64,000 nucleotides of DNA, from assembly GCA_005110385.1 (NCBI GenBank), contig DUDT01000009.1:1660-65659 (forward strand), written 5' to 3'. This DNA is from Candidatus Melainabacteria bacterium (lineage in GTDB: Bacteria; Cyanobacteriota; Vampirovibrionia; LMEP-6097). A program made the translations under genes and the position numbers. Under the pieces are notes generated by a model. It was not told the origin of the DNA. It ran no database searches and worked only from the letters and a program-made list of their open reading frames with translations. This document shows positions 16,652 through 25,978 of the stretch, one piece after another. Position 1 is the first letter of the stretch; each line of letters begins with the position of its first letter.

Positions 16652-19063
16652 CTACCAGTAAAAAAAGAGACCCATGTGGTTACCGAGGTAATTCCATGTA
16701 ATTTTATCAAAAATTTCTTTAAGAAGCGGAATTCCTCTGCCACCTTCACTTTCTGTGCTAACTTCATCGATACTCATATGTTTATGTCTTTGCCAATTAA
16801 ACCCTTTCCCTGGGTCTATCATAACGATTTTCAGTGAACCATCTTTAATTTCATAGCCGACTTGAACATGAGCTTCTCCAGAGTTTTTAACGCCGTATTG
16901 GGCTACATTAGCGAAAGCTTCTGTGAGACCGAGTCTTAAGATTAATCCGCTTTGTTCTGAAAGTCCATGCCTTCTGCAGTCATCGATTAAGACTTTTATA
17001 TAATTGTCACAGTTTTGATAATTGGTCATATCGACTGCTTCTAATTTAAATTCTTTTTGTTCTATGCAGAGTAAAAGTCTGTCATCGGTGACTTCACTGT
17101 CCCCGACTCTTTTGTTTAATTGTTGATTTAATCCTTCAGTGATTTGCTTAACGCTTTTATCAGTCATAGACTGTAGAGCATTTAGCATCCAGTCCTCATT
17201 GTTATTACTTGGGCTGATAAGAGTCTGCTCCATAAAGCCATCTGTGAAAAGTATAAGCTTATCTTTCGGTGATAATTGAATAGTCTGCCTCTGGTAATAA
17301 GCTTCTAGGTCTCTGGGGTCTATTAATCCGAGCGGTACGCCAGTGGGTTCATCGGCAGAGAGCATGATGGCTTTGCCATCTTTAATGACATAGGGTTTAA
17401 GGTGCCCAGCATTGGTGTAAGCTAGTTCTCCAGTGTGTAAATTAAAAACTCCATACCAAGCAGTCGCGTAAAAATCAGAATTATTACTTTGGGCTAACAG
17501 TGAGTCACATAAAAAAGATATAACTTTTTCAGGAGCCCAAGCGAGCGAAGAGTTTTCGATAATCGCGTTAAACTGTCCGAGAATATAACCAGTAAGTAGG
17601 GCAGCAGCAGGGCCTTTACCTGATACATCGCCGATTAATACGCCGACTACATCGGGGGAAAGTTCTGAAACCCAGTAGAAATCACCAGATACATTGCTGT
17701 GCGGCTTATATAGTACAGAAATATTCATGGAGGTATTTAAAATGTCACCACCAATAAGTGAGCTTTGTACTCTTGCTGCTTGCTTTAATTCACGTGAAAG
17801 CCTGCCTTGATAAGCATTTAACTGTTCATATATTTCAGACTGTGTCATCGCCACTATAACTTGACTAGCAGCTGATTCTACGAATGTCACTTCATCTTCA
17901 GTCCATGTTCGAGGAAATAGAGACTGAAATACTATCCAACCTCTTAATTCACCTTGGGCGAAAAGTGGCGTAGCCAGTGCCGATCTCGCTCCGGAATTTA
18001 TAAGCTCTTGTTTTTCTTCATCATTTAATTTTTGTAGATTTTCGGTCGAAATCAGGTTTTCGATTATTATTGTTGCGTAGATATCTTTAGTATTTAATTT
18101 ATCGAGAATTAAATGTTTGCATTGCCCTGCGATATTCGGAACACCAGTAGCGCAGAATTCTTCTGAAATATGATCATTCATGAAAAGGAAGCAGCGAGAG
18201 ACTTTTACGGCAAAGCCCAACTCATTAACTGTTCTTGAGAGTATCTCCTTGAGGTTTAAGCTTGAGCGAATTTGGCTGGTCAGGCTATTTAAGAGTTCTG
18301 CTTGTTTAGTTCTTTCATGTGATTTTTTAAAGAGGCGTGCTCTTTCTATGGCTGTCATTAATGGATAAGAGATCGCTTGTAATAACTGAATATCATTGTC
18401 TTGCCAATCAGTATGCTGTGAACAGTCTTGTAAATAAATTAAGCCTAAGACCTCGTTTCTGAGCAGTAAAGGTACGGAGAGAAATGAAAAAACATCATCT
18501 AAAAAATGATTAGAATATTCACTATTTATTTCCTCAAATTGCAGAGGTCTTTTACATCTGAGTATCCGAAAGAAAAATTCATCTCGTTTCAGTAAATTAT
18601 ATTCAAGGTTACGTCCATGCTCATCTTCACAAAATTCTACAACTTGAAATTTATTGCCTTGTAAAAAAACTATCCCGCAGCGACTAACTTTAAAGAATTT
18701 AGCCATTTGTTTAGTTAAATATTTAAGTATATGAGTGATGTTCAGTGAACTATTGACTTTCTCTACCCACTGATTTAAAAGCCTTTCTCTTTCAGCAAGA
18801 GCATGCGCAGACTGTCTTTCTTGCATTAAAGCGAAGGTGGTGTTCTGTAAATATAGGGATAGCCTTTCAGTTTCAGCTAAGGTTTTTTCCATCATTGCAG
18901 TTTTTTCTGCATTCAATAATCTCTCTTCTTCAAGCTGTTTAGCGAGGCTTTCAAGCTGTGCCTGCAATTCATCTAGAGACCCATGCACAACTCCGTTCTC
19001 TGCGTTTTTGTAATCGGTCTCTTTTGTATTATCTGCGTCAGTGGTTTTAGAATTATCTCTCAC
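16652..19063 (-). CDS. Multidomain partner-switching protein: coiled coil, two GAF domains, PP2C/SpoIIE phosphatase and RsbW-like HATPase_c kinase
   Basis: 803 aa. SpoIIE-type motifs (SGDFYW, GDVSGKG, LFTDG) and a C-terminal GHKL ATPase (NVAQYG ... GGRGIPL). Confidence 0.85.
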   Translation of the reverse strand: MRDNSKTTDADNTKETDYKNAENGVVHGSLDELQAQLESLAKQLEEERLLNAEKTAMMEKTLAETERLSLYLQNTTFALMQERQSAHALAERERLLNQWVEKVNSSLNITHILKYLTKQMAKFFKVSRCGIVFLQGNKFQVVEFCEDEHGRNLEYNLLKRDEFFFRILRCKRPLQFEEINSEYSNHFLDDVFSFLSVPLLLRNEVLGLIYLQDCSQHTDWQDNDIQLLQAISYPLMTAIERARLFKKSHERTKQAELLNSLTSQIRSSLNLKEILSRTVNELGFAVKVSRCFLFMNDHISEEFCATGVPNIAGQCKHLILDKLNTKDIYATIIIENLISTENLQKLNDEEKQELINSGARSALATPLFAQGELRGWIVFQSLFPRTWTEDEVTFVESAASQVIVAMTQSEIYEQLNAYQGRLSRELKQAARVQSSLIGGDILNTSMNISVLYKPHSNVSGDFYWVSELSPDVVGVLIGDVSGKGPAAALLTGYILGQFNAIIENSSLAWAPEKVISFLCDSLLAQSNNSDFYATAWYGVFNLHTGELAYTNAGHLKPYVIKDGKAIMLSADEPTGVPLGLIDPRDLEAYYQRQTIQLSPKDKLILFTDGFMEQTLISPSNNNEDWMLNALQSMTDKSVKQITEGLNQQLNKRVGDSEVTDDRLLLCIEQKEFKLEAVDMTNYQNCDNYIKVLIDDCRRHGLSEQSGLILRLGLTEAFANVAQYGVKNSGEAHVQVGYEIKDGSLKIVMIDPGKGFNWQRHKHMSIDEVSTESEGGRGIPLLKEIFDKITWNYLGNHMGLFFYW
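18978..19008 (-). repeat. AAACGCAGAA-type repeat embedded in an ORF (encodes KNAENGVVHGS)
   Basis: The reverse complement aaaacgcagagaacggagttgtgcatgggtc aligns with the intergenic consensus. Confidence 0.55.
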
Positions 19064-19064
19064 T

Positions 19065-19394
19065 TTAGCTAGTTTGCGAACTGATACTTGTTAATTGATG
19101 TAACCTTGCGATTTTTAAAAGGTTTTGAACGTGATCTACTACGTTCTGAAATTCAAGGTCCGCTCCAATGATTTTACACTCTTTCCAAAGTCTTACGAAA
19201 GAACCCATGCCCGCACTATCAATAAAATCTAATCTTTTACAATCTATGGTTACCTTACTCTGTTCTTTTAAATAGGGTAAAATAGTGTCCTTAAATTTTT
19301 CAGCTTCACTGTAAAGTAATTGCCCGCCCACCTCAATTTCAAGATGTTTTTCTTCATTCCGGACAATTTCTAATTCAAGCATAAGATCGTACAT
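19065..19394 (-). CDS. STAS-domain anti-sigma-factor antagonist
   Basis: 109 aa. DFIDSAGMGSF contains the phosphorylatable serine motif. Lies directly upstream of the phosphatase/kinase gene. Confidence 0.85.
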   Translation of the reverse strand: MYDLMLELEIVRNEEKHLEIEVGGQLLYSEAEKFKDTILPYLKEQSKVTIDCKRLDFIDSAGMGSFVRLWKECKIIGADLEFQNVVDHVQNLLKIARLHQLTSISSQTS

Positions 19395-19420
19395 TTTTTG
19401 TTGGTGTTAAGCTAAAAGCT

Positions 19421-20893
19421 ATGGTACTAGATCAATATACCCAGAATATAATCATAAGGAACTCAAAAGAACTAGTCAAAAATGCTAAAATCAACTCGGA
19501 AAATGGTTATATAGCTGATGTATCAGCTTTATCTCAAATAAATACAACAGATAACCTAGTCAAAAAACAGATAATTTCACCAGGTTTTATAAATTTACAC
19601 TCGCATCTTGCATATACGCATTTGGATTTAGAACCTAAAAATCTCTTCGCTTGGCTGAAAGATTTAATGCATAAAGTTCAAAATGAATCTTTTAATCCTA
19701 TGGAGGCAAGCCTTGCTGGAGCAAGGCTTGCACTCAGTACAGGTACGACATTTTTAGTAGATAATACTTCGCATTTAGCTGCAAGCGTAAAGGCTTTTCA
19801 GAAAACTGGTTTAAGAGGAATTATTGGGCTTGAGCTATTTGGGTCTGATCCACAGCAAGCTAAAACTATTTTAAATAAGGCGCTAGAAGAATTAAGGTTG
19901 ATGACACTTAGCCTAAAAGCTCAGCGGTTCGATGAAGTGCCTGAGCAGTGCCATAAAATTCAATTCGCTCTTTCACCACACTCTTTGTATAGTGTTTCTA
20001 GTGAATTAATGCAAGAGGCACAAGTATTCTTGTCTAATTTATCTAAAGAGTCTACTGTTTCTGATTTACTTCCTATTTTATTAATGCACTTTGCAGAAGA
20101 TGAGCTCGAAGAGAAATATTTTAGCGGTGTGGATTTTAGGCGTAATCACCTTATTGGTGATGGTTTTGAAGGTTCTTTATTACATGATGAACAGGAGCTT
20201 ACACTGATGTATGATTTCTGGGAGTCTCTTGGAGTTTTGGATTTAAAGAAGAGATATAGAAAGCAGGCTAGGTCATCGTGGGATTATTTTAAAAAATATG
20301 TACTTAGTGCAGAAAATGGGGTGAAGTATCAGTCTATTAAATATTTACTAACCCATGCTATAAATCTTTCAGAGACCGAGATTAAAGAACTCGCCAATTA
20401 TCCTGAAATTTCTTTAGTAAGCTGCCCTCGCAGTAATCAGTTTTTAAAACACAATAATGCTCAAATCGCTCTATGGGAGAAATATGGTACCTACGAGCCT
20501 AGCAAAAACGTAGAAGATAGAGTTGAGCATCGGTCTTATAATTATGGTTTGGGGACTGATAGTAAGGCTTCTAATTATGATTTAGATTTAAGGTCAGAGC
20601 TGAAGGTGCTGTTAGAGACTGTTAGAAATGCAGGAATTGGAGTCTCTCAACAGTACCTTGAATTAACTTCTCAGAGACAGTTTGAGCTATTAACTAGTTC
20701 TGCTGCTAAAGCTATAGGGATGGAGGATAAGATTGGTAGCCTAGAAGAAGCTAAGTATGCTGATTATGTAGTTTTTGAGGTTATGGATGATAATTTAGAT
20801 TTAGATTTAGTAGATCCTTATGCTTTAGTTTTAGATGGAGAGAAGACTCGGGTTAAAGAGGTTTATGTTGGGGGCGATCTAATCTCTATTTAA
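19421..20893 (+). CDS. Amidohydrolase-family metal-dependent hydrolase/deaminase
   Basis: PGFINLHSHLAY (HxH metal motif) and a C-terminal ADYVVF...V.V.G. It could be an (amino)futalosine- or MTA-type deaminase, but the substrate cannot be resolved. Confidence 0.7.
   Translation: MVLDQYTQNIIIRNSKELVKNAKINSENGYIADVSALSQINTTDNLVKKQIISPGFINLHSHLAYTHLDLEPKNLFAWLKDLMHKVQNESFNPMEASLAGARLALSTGTTFLVDNTSHLAASVKAFQKTGLRGIIGLELFGSDPQQAKTILNKALEELRLMTLSLKAQRFDEVPEQCHKIQFALSPHSLYSVSSELMQEAQVFLSNLSKESTVSDLLPILLMHFAEDELEEKYFSGVDFRRNHLIGDGFEGSLLHDEQELTLMYDFWESLGVLDLKKRYRKQARSSWDYFKKYVLSAENGVKYQSIKYLLTHAINLSETEIKELANYPEISLVSCPRSNQFLKHNNAQIALWEKYGTYEPSKNVEDRVEHRSYNYGLGTDSKASNYDLDLRSELKVLLETVRNAGIGVSQQYLELTSQRQFELLTSSAAKAIGMEDKIGSLEEAKYADYVVFEVMDDNLDLDLVDPYALVLDGEKTRVKEVYVGGDLISI
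20506..20535 (+). repeat. AAACGCAGAA-type repeat embedded in an ORF (encodes KNVEDRVEHRS), diverged
   Basis: aaacgtagaagatagagttgagcatcggtc aligns with copy C (aaacgcagaaataggagcttccgctacatgccc). Confidence 0.45.
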
Positions 20894-22193
20894 CAGCTTG
20901 CAACAACTGCAATAATTCCTCATAACTAGTATAATCTTCAGTTTTTTGTTTAAGAATATTATTGATTTTATCTATCGCGGCTACCGCCTTATCTATGGTG
21001 GGGTTATTACCTCGCTGATAAGCCCCAATGTTAATAAGATCTTTAGCGTCTTCATAGCTTGCCATATAGGTACGAAGAAGGCTGGCTGCTTCTTTATGCT
21101 CTGGGGTGACTATACTGCCCATAACCCTGCTCACTGATTGAAGTATATCTATGGCCGGAAAATGATTTTTATGAGCTAATTTGCGTGAAAGTACTATGTG
21201 ACCATCGAGGACGCCTCTAGCAAGGTCACTGATAGGCTCATTCATATCATCACCTTCGACTAGGACGGTGTAGAGGGCTGTGATACTGCCTTTTTCACCA
21301 GTGCCGCTTCTTTCTAATAGTCTTGGAATTAATGAAAAGACACTAGGTGTATAGCCTCTAGTCGCAGGTGGCTCGCCTACTGCTAGTCCTATTTCTCGTT
21401 GGGCTAATGCTACACGTGTAACGCTGTCTAGCATTAATAAAACATTTTTACCCTCTACATCTCTAAAATATTCTGCTATAGAATGAGCGAATAGAGCTGC
21501 TTTTACTCTGATTAGGCTAGGCTGGTCTCCTGTAGCTACTACTACTACTGATTTCTTTAAACCTTCCTCTCCTAAGCTTTCTTCGATAAATTCTCTTACT
21601 TCTCTGCCTCGCTCACCAATAAGGGCGATGACGTTAATATCGGCATCTGCGTTTTTTGCGATCATGCCCATAAGGGTACTCTTACCTACGCCTGAGCCAG
21701 CAAAGATCCCCATACGCTGACCTTTACCACAGGATAAGAAACCATCTAATGCCCTAACCCCAAAAAACATCTGCTCCTCTATACGACTCTTTTTCAGAGG
21801 ATTTAAAGTCTTAGCTGGCCATTGCGTAGCGGTGTGTTCAGCTCTAAGTTTAATTCCTTCGTCGAGTGGTTCACCGAAAGCATCTAAAATTCTGCCTTTT
21901 AGCCGAGGTCCTACTTTAATGGAAACTTGTTTTCCAGTAGGCACTACTTCTGCTCCCATTTTAAGTTCTTGAACTTCACCAAGTGGCATTAATAGTGTGT
22001 AATTGTCTCTGAAGCCTACTACCTCGGTTTTCAGGTAATTATTTCTTGATTTAATTAGGCATAATTCGCCGAGTTCCACTATTAAACCATCTGCTTCGAT
22101 AGTTAAACCGATAATTTTAGAAACCCTCCCTAGTGTGCGGACTTGAGAGCAGTCTTTTAAATCATTTTTTAATTCAGGGAAATTTAGTTTCAT
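20886..22193 (-). CDS. fliI: Flagellum-specific export ATPase FliI
   Basis: Walker A GSGVGKST, LIGERGREV and LLMLDSVTR, typical of the FliI/YscN family. Confidence 0.95.
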   Translation of the reverse strand: MKLNFPELKNDLKDCSQVRTLGRVSKIIGLTIEADGLIVELGELCLIKSRNNYLKTEVVGFRDNYTLLMPLGEVQELKMGAEVVPTGKQVSIKVGPRLKGRILDAFGEPLDEGIKLRAEHTATQWPAKTLNPLKKSRIEEQMFFGVRALDGFLSCGKGQRMGIFAGSGVGKSTLMGMIAKNADADINVIALIGERGREVREFIEESLGEEGLKKSVVVVATGDQPSLIRVKAALFAHSIAEYFRDVEGKNVLLMLDSVTRVALAQREIGLAVGEPPATRGYTPSVFSLIPRLLERSGTGEKGSITALYTVLVEGDDMNEPISDLARGVLDGHIVLSRKLAHKNHFPAIDILQSVSRVMGSIVTPEHKEAASLLRTYMASYEDAKDLINIGAYQRGNNPTIDKAVAAIDKINNILKQKTEDYTSYEELLQLLQAVK

Positions 22194-22228
22194 ATGCTTA
22201 TCCTCTTCTTTACTTAAGGCTTTTAAGC

Positions 22229-23014
22229 TTAGAAGTCCTCTGTTTCTGTTTTAAGTTTTATTTCTTCAGCTTTAAAGATACGCTTCTGTTTTAAATTCTC
22301 AGCGAGAGCGTTTATTTGGGCTGCTAATCTGAAATCTAACCTTTCTTTTTTACTTTCGACGATTAAATCCCCATCTTTAAGAGCAGAGTCTGCCACAATA
22401 ACTAAATTTTCTAAGTCTGGAAATTCGCTCAGAATAGTTTTTTTTACTTTGTTTAAATGTAGAGCAGTTTCTGGGGGGAGGAATAGGCTGACATCTTGCT
22501 TGTAGTTCAATTCTGAGATAGCAGTTTTTACCATACCGAGCATAGACTCTTTATCTAGAGAGAGTTCTTTGCCAATAATTTTCTCGGCTAAAATGAAAAT
22601 AAAATCTAATACACTGTTTTCTTCGTCTTCTAAGGCTTCACGTTTTTCTTGTTCAAGAGAGTTTAGAATGTTTGCACTGTTTGAGAGTATAGTGCTAAAT
22701 TTTTCATGTATTGTGTTAGTTGCATCCTGCTCACCTTTTTCAAAACCTTCATTGTAGGCGGTATCTCGTATAAATTGCTCTTCTTCTCTTGCACGAGTAA
22801 TGATTGCTTCAGCTTCAGCTTCAGCTTTTGCTTCAGCTTGTTGTAAATATCTTCTAGCTTTAATCTCCGCTTCAGTGATTCTTTCTCTTAAAATTTGCTC
22901 TTTGGTCGGTAGGTCTTTTATCTCATCATCACTTACGCCACCTATAACGACTGGTCTTGACTGAGATTCCAGCTTATTAGAAAAGACCTTTTTTCTTTTA
23001 TCATTTAAGTTCAA
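22229..23014 (-). CDS. fliH: Flagellar assembly protein FliH
   Basis: 261 aa. Charged E/A/K coiled region followed by a FliH/NtpE-like C-terminus. Positioned directly upstream of fliI. Confidence 0.7.
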   Translation of the reverse strand: MNLNDKRKKVFSNKLESQSRPVVIGGVSDDEIKDLPTKEQILRERITEAEIKARRYLQQAEAKAEAEAEAIITRAREEEQFIRDTAYNEGFEKGEQDATNTIHEKFSTILSNSANILNSLEQEKREALEDEENSVLDFIFILAEKIIGKELSLDKESMLGMVKTAISELNYKQDVSLFLPPETALHLNKVKKTILSEFPDLENLVIVADSALKDGDLIVESKKERLDFRLAAQINALAENLKQKRIFKAEEIKLKTETEDF

Positions 23015-23019
23015 TTAGT

Positions 23020-24681
23020 TTAAGTTCCTACTTCATTTATGTAACTTTCTAAGCTTTTCGCTACGGCTTTAGGATTCTCTTCGATGGTTTTCTGTAATTC
23101 ATCTTTCATCTTAGTAATCGTTTTATTACCATCTAAGCTAATCTTTTTGCTATAAGCTAATTCAGCTTCTTCGATCTTATCATCAATATCACTCAAAATA
23201 GCCACCTCATCTTCATCTAATAATTTATCTAATTCTTCTGTGTTATCAGAGTTAATACTTTGTTTCATCAGTGCTAACATTATCATCGTCATTATTCCAC
23301 CAACAATCAGGGTTCCAAGCAAGAATGCGAATTTTTTGATAGTTGCTTTGCGTTTTAGGTCTTGTTCACTCTTCTCTCTTTCTATTGATTCAAGATCCAC
23401 GTATCTTGATGTAGAGAATTTAATACCAGTAATTATGACTTGATCACCCCTTTCTGTATCTATACCAGAGGCTACAGTTACAGTCTGTCTAAGTACGGCT
23501 CTCTCTTGTGGTGATAAATCCTTATTAACTACTACGGCAACAGAAATTTTTCTAATAACACCAGTGGCTTTTTTAACTTTTTCCACCATGCGGCTGACTT
23601 CATAGTTAATGGTTTTATCTTCTTTAACGTAATCTTTTCTAGGACCTATGTCTTGAATGCCTTCTACGTCTACTCCAGTAAATGTTGGGACATTATTTTT
23701 GCTTCCTGGAATACCACGCACTACTTCATTAGAGTTCTTCTCATATTTTTCAGTTACCAATTTTTCACTTCTGACGACTGGATCATGCTTAGTGCCGGCT
23801 TCATCTGTAGGAGCGTAGGTCTCAATATTCATTTCTTTTTCATCGAAATTTAATTCAGCTTTTACATTGACCAGTACATTACCCTCACCTAGAATAGGAC
23901 TTAAAAGACCTTGAAGATCTTTTTCTAAGCGTTTTTCAAAATCTCTTTGCCTTTGTTCATTCATTTCTAACTTATTTGCAAAAAGAGCTTGCTCGGTAGT
24001 AAATGTGACTAGAGATTTTCCAGTATGATCTGTGATTTGTACTTTATCTGGCTGTAAGCCTTGTATAGAGCTGGCAACTAAATGTTGAATACCTTTAACT
24101 TGATCTTGGCTTAGGTCTTTACCGTACATAGTCGTTATAACGACAGAAGCACTAGCGGGCTCTTCTTTATTTGCAAAGACACTTTTCTTTGGTAATACCA
24201 AGTGCACTCTTGCTATTTTTACAGTTTCCAGCGAAGAGATAGTTCTAGCGAGTTCACCTTCAAGTGCACGGTGATATTTTAATTTCTCACCAAAATCAGT
24301 TACAGTAAGGTCTTTTTTGTCAAAAAGCTCAAAGCCAACTCCAGTTCCCTTAGGCATACCTTTCCCAGCGACATCTAATCGTAATTTAGGTACAGATGTT
24401 CCAGCTACGAGGATCGTATCTCCATCGCCCTCGATTTTAAATTTAATATTTTCTTTTTTTAGATAAGAGCTTATAGCAGCAGCATCTGAGGTGTCGAGTC
24501 CTGAGAAAAGTACTGTATATTTAGGTTTGAAAATAAAATAAGCAGCTATCCCTGTCGCTATAACAAGAATGGATATACTAATAATAAGGACTAAATTCGG
24601 TCCTTTCTTTTTTGATCCGGGGGAAGTATCATCCAATCCATCCTCGACTACGTCACCTTGTCTTTCTTCTACTTCAGCCAT
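23020..24681 (-). CDS. fliF: Flagellar M-ring protein FliF
   Basis: 553 aa. N-terminal TM segment, YscJ/FliF domain (LFSGLD...AAAISSYL, LELFDK-like) and a C-terminal TM segment. Confidence 0.9.
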   Translation of the reverse strand: MAEVEERQGDVVEDGLDDTSPGSKKKGPNLVLIISISILVIATGIAAYFIFKPKYTVLFSGLDTSDAAAISSYLKKENIKFKIEGDGDTILVAGTSVPKLRLDVAGKGMPKGTGVGFELFDKKDLTVTDFGEKLKYHRALEGELARTISSLETVKIARVHLVLPKKSVFANKEEPASASVVITTMYGKDLSQDQVKGIQHLVASSIQGLQPDKVQITDHTGKSLVTFTTEQALFANKLEMNEQRQRDFEKRLEKDLQGLLSPILGEGNVLVNVKAELNFDEKEMNIETYAPTDEAGTKHDPVVRSEKLVTEKYEKNSNEVVRGIPGSKNNVPTFTGVDVEGIQDIGPRKDYVKEDKTINYEVSRMVEKVKKATGVIRKISVAVVVNKDLSPQERAVLRQTVTVASGIDTERGDQVIITGIKFSTSRYVDLESIEREKSEQDLKRKATIKKFAFLLGTLIVGGIMTMIMLALMKQSINSDNTEELDKLLDEDEVAILSDIDDKIEEAELAYSKKISLDGNKTITKMKDELQKTIEENPKAVAKSLESYINEVGT

Positions 24682-24721
24682 TTAATTCCAATCACCCTTT
24701 TATTTAAAACTTTTTTCTTAA

Positions 24722-25042
24722 TTACACTTGAATACTGTTAAGTTCTCTGTACCCTTCTATTAATCTATTTCTTACTTGAATCGCAAGATTAGTCGCCATC
24801 CCAGATTTTTCCATAAGAAGCATTACAGAGCTTGCATCCACATTCTTGCCAGATATATAATCTTCCATCGCATTTCCAGACTTAGTAGATAAATCTTTAA
24901 GTGCACCGATAGATTTTTCTAAAGTCTCTTGAAAAGTCTCTACTGAACCGCTTTTAAGCTGATCATAATAGGCAGTACTCGCCTGTAAAAGAGGTGTCTC
25001 CACGGAAGTATTAAAAAGCTTTAAGTTAGTTATTGCATCCAT
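24722..25042 (-). CDS. fliE: Flagellar hook-basal body complex protein FliE
   Basis: 106 aa with C-terminal LAIQVRNRLIEGYRELNSIQV, typical of FliE. Confidence 0.85.
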   Translation of the reverse strand: MDAITNLKLFNTSVETPLLQASTAYYDQLKSGSVETFQETLEKSIGALKDLSTKSGNAMEDYISGKNVDASSVMLLMEKSGMATNLAIQVRNRLIEGYRELNSIQV

Positions 25043-25061
25043 AATTTATTTCCTCTGAGTT

Positions 25062-25469
25062 TTAAATCTCTAATCCTGCACTGAACATCTCTTTGAAGGT
25101 TTGAATAGTTGTGATATTTGCTTGATAAGCTGATTTAGAAGTAATTAAATCTGTCATCTCTTCTTCTATAGAGATATTTGGATAATAGACATAACCTTTA
25201 TTATCAGCATCAGGATGGCTAGGATCGTAGACTGTGTTTAAAGCTTCTACGTCATTTATAATGCTGTCTGCTGCGACTCCTTGTACTATGCCTGTTTGTT
25301 CATCCATAATGGTTTTAAAAGATACTAGTTTTCTTAAATATGGTTGAACGGTACCATCTGCGGCATGCGTAGTATTCATGTTAGCGATATTACCTGCGAT
25401 AACATCCATTCTCAGTCTTTCAGCTCTGAGCGCACTACCTGCGATATCCATTAAGTCATAGCTCTGCAT
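25062..25469 (-). CDS. flgC: Flagellar basal-body rod protein FlgC
   Basis: Motifs AGSALRAERLRMDVIAGNIANMNTT and SYQANITTIQT. Confidence 0.9.
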   Translation of the reverse strand: MQSYDLMDIAGSALRAERLRMDVIAGNIANMNTTHAADGTVQPYLRKLVSFKTIMDEQTGIVQGVAADSIINDVEALNTVYDPSHPDADNKGYVYYPNISIEEEMTDLITSKSAYQANITTIQTFKEMFSAGLEI

Positions 25470-25477
25470 AGTTTAAG

Positions 25478-25894
25478 TTATCCTTTGATTATATTGGTTA
25501 AGCCATCGAAAAATTTTCTACCCATAGTGGCTACAGCACGGTATTTCATGGCTGTTTTCCCCAGTGTTAGCATCTCTCTTTCAAGATCTACGGTATTATT
25601 CAAGGTTATAAAATCTCGATTAGGCTCTGTAACTTCTACTTTAGCTTCGTAGGCACTGTTTGCGGTAATATGAAAATGATCCTCATTGGTTTTAGTTAGT
25701 TCAGGTTCTGTGTTATAACGTAATTTATTCTGTATTCTTCTCAGATCATCTTCAAAGCTAACTTCTTTAGCTAAAAAATTAGGAGTACCAGCATTAGCAA
25801 TATTTCCAGCTGTGGCATTATATCTCTCCATCAATGCATTAATGCCGACTTCGATACTAGCTATAGATGAGTGTTTAGCGAATGCGTCTAACAT
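25478..25894 (-). CDS. flgB: Flagellar basal-body rod protein FlgB
   Basis: 138 aa. ATAGNIANAGTPNF rod N-terminal motif; lies upstream of flgC. Confidence 0.85.
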   Translation of the reverse strand: MLDAFAKHSSIASIEVGINALMERYNATAGNIANAGTPNFLAKEVSFEDDLRRIQNKLRYNTEPELTKTNEDHFHITANSAYEAKVEVTEPNRDFITLNNTVDLEREMLTLGKTAMKYRAVATMGRKFFDGLTNIIKG

Positions 25895-25978
25895 GATTAA
25901 AAGAGCAACGAGAAAACTTAGTTTCTTACATTGCAGCTAGAATCATATATTCACGTGGTCTAGTTAATTCTGCATAGT

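Noticed and set aside
15139-16767. Long form of murD (542 aa) starting at 16767
   Set aside because: The extra 41 residues have no MurD homology and overlap the 3' end of the upstream GAF-PP2C gene. The internal ATG at 16644 gives the canonical MDKIAILGLGKT Rossmann start.
21640-21672. AAAAACGCAGA core inside fliI (encoding KNADADINV) as another repeat copy
   Set aside because: Only the roughly 10-nt core matches and the remaining 20 nt do not align. The encoded segment belongs to the conserved FliI region preceding LIGERGREV. This is probably a chance match.
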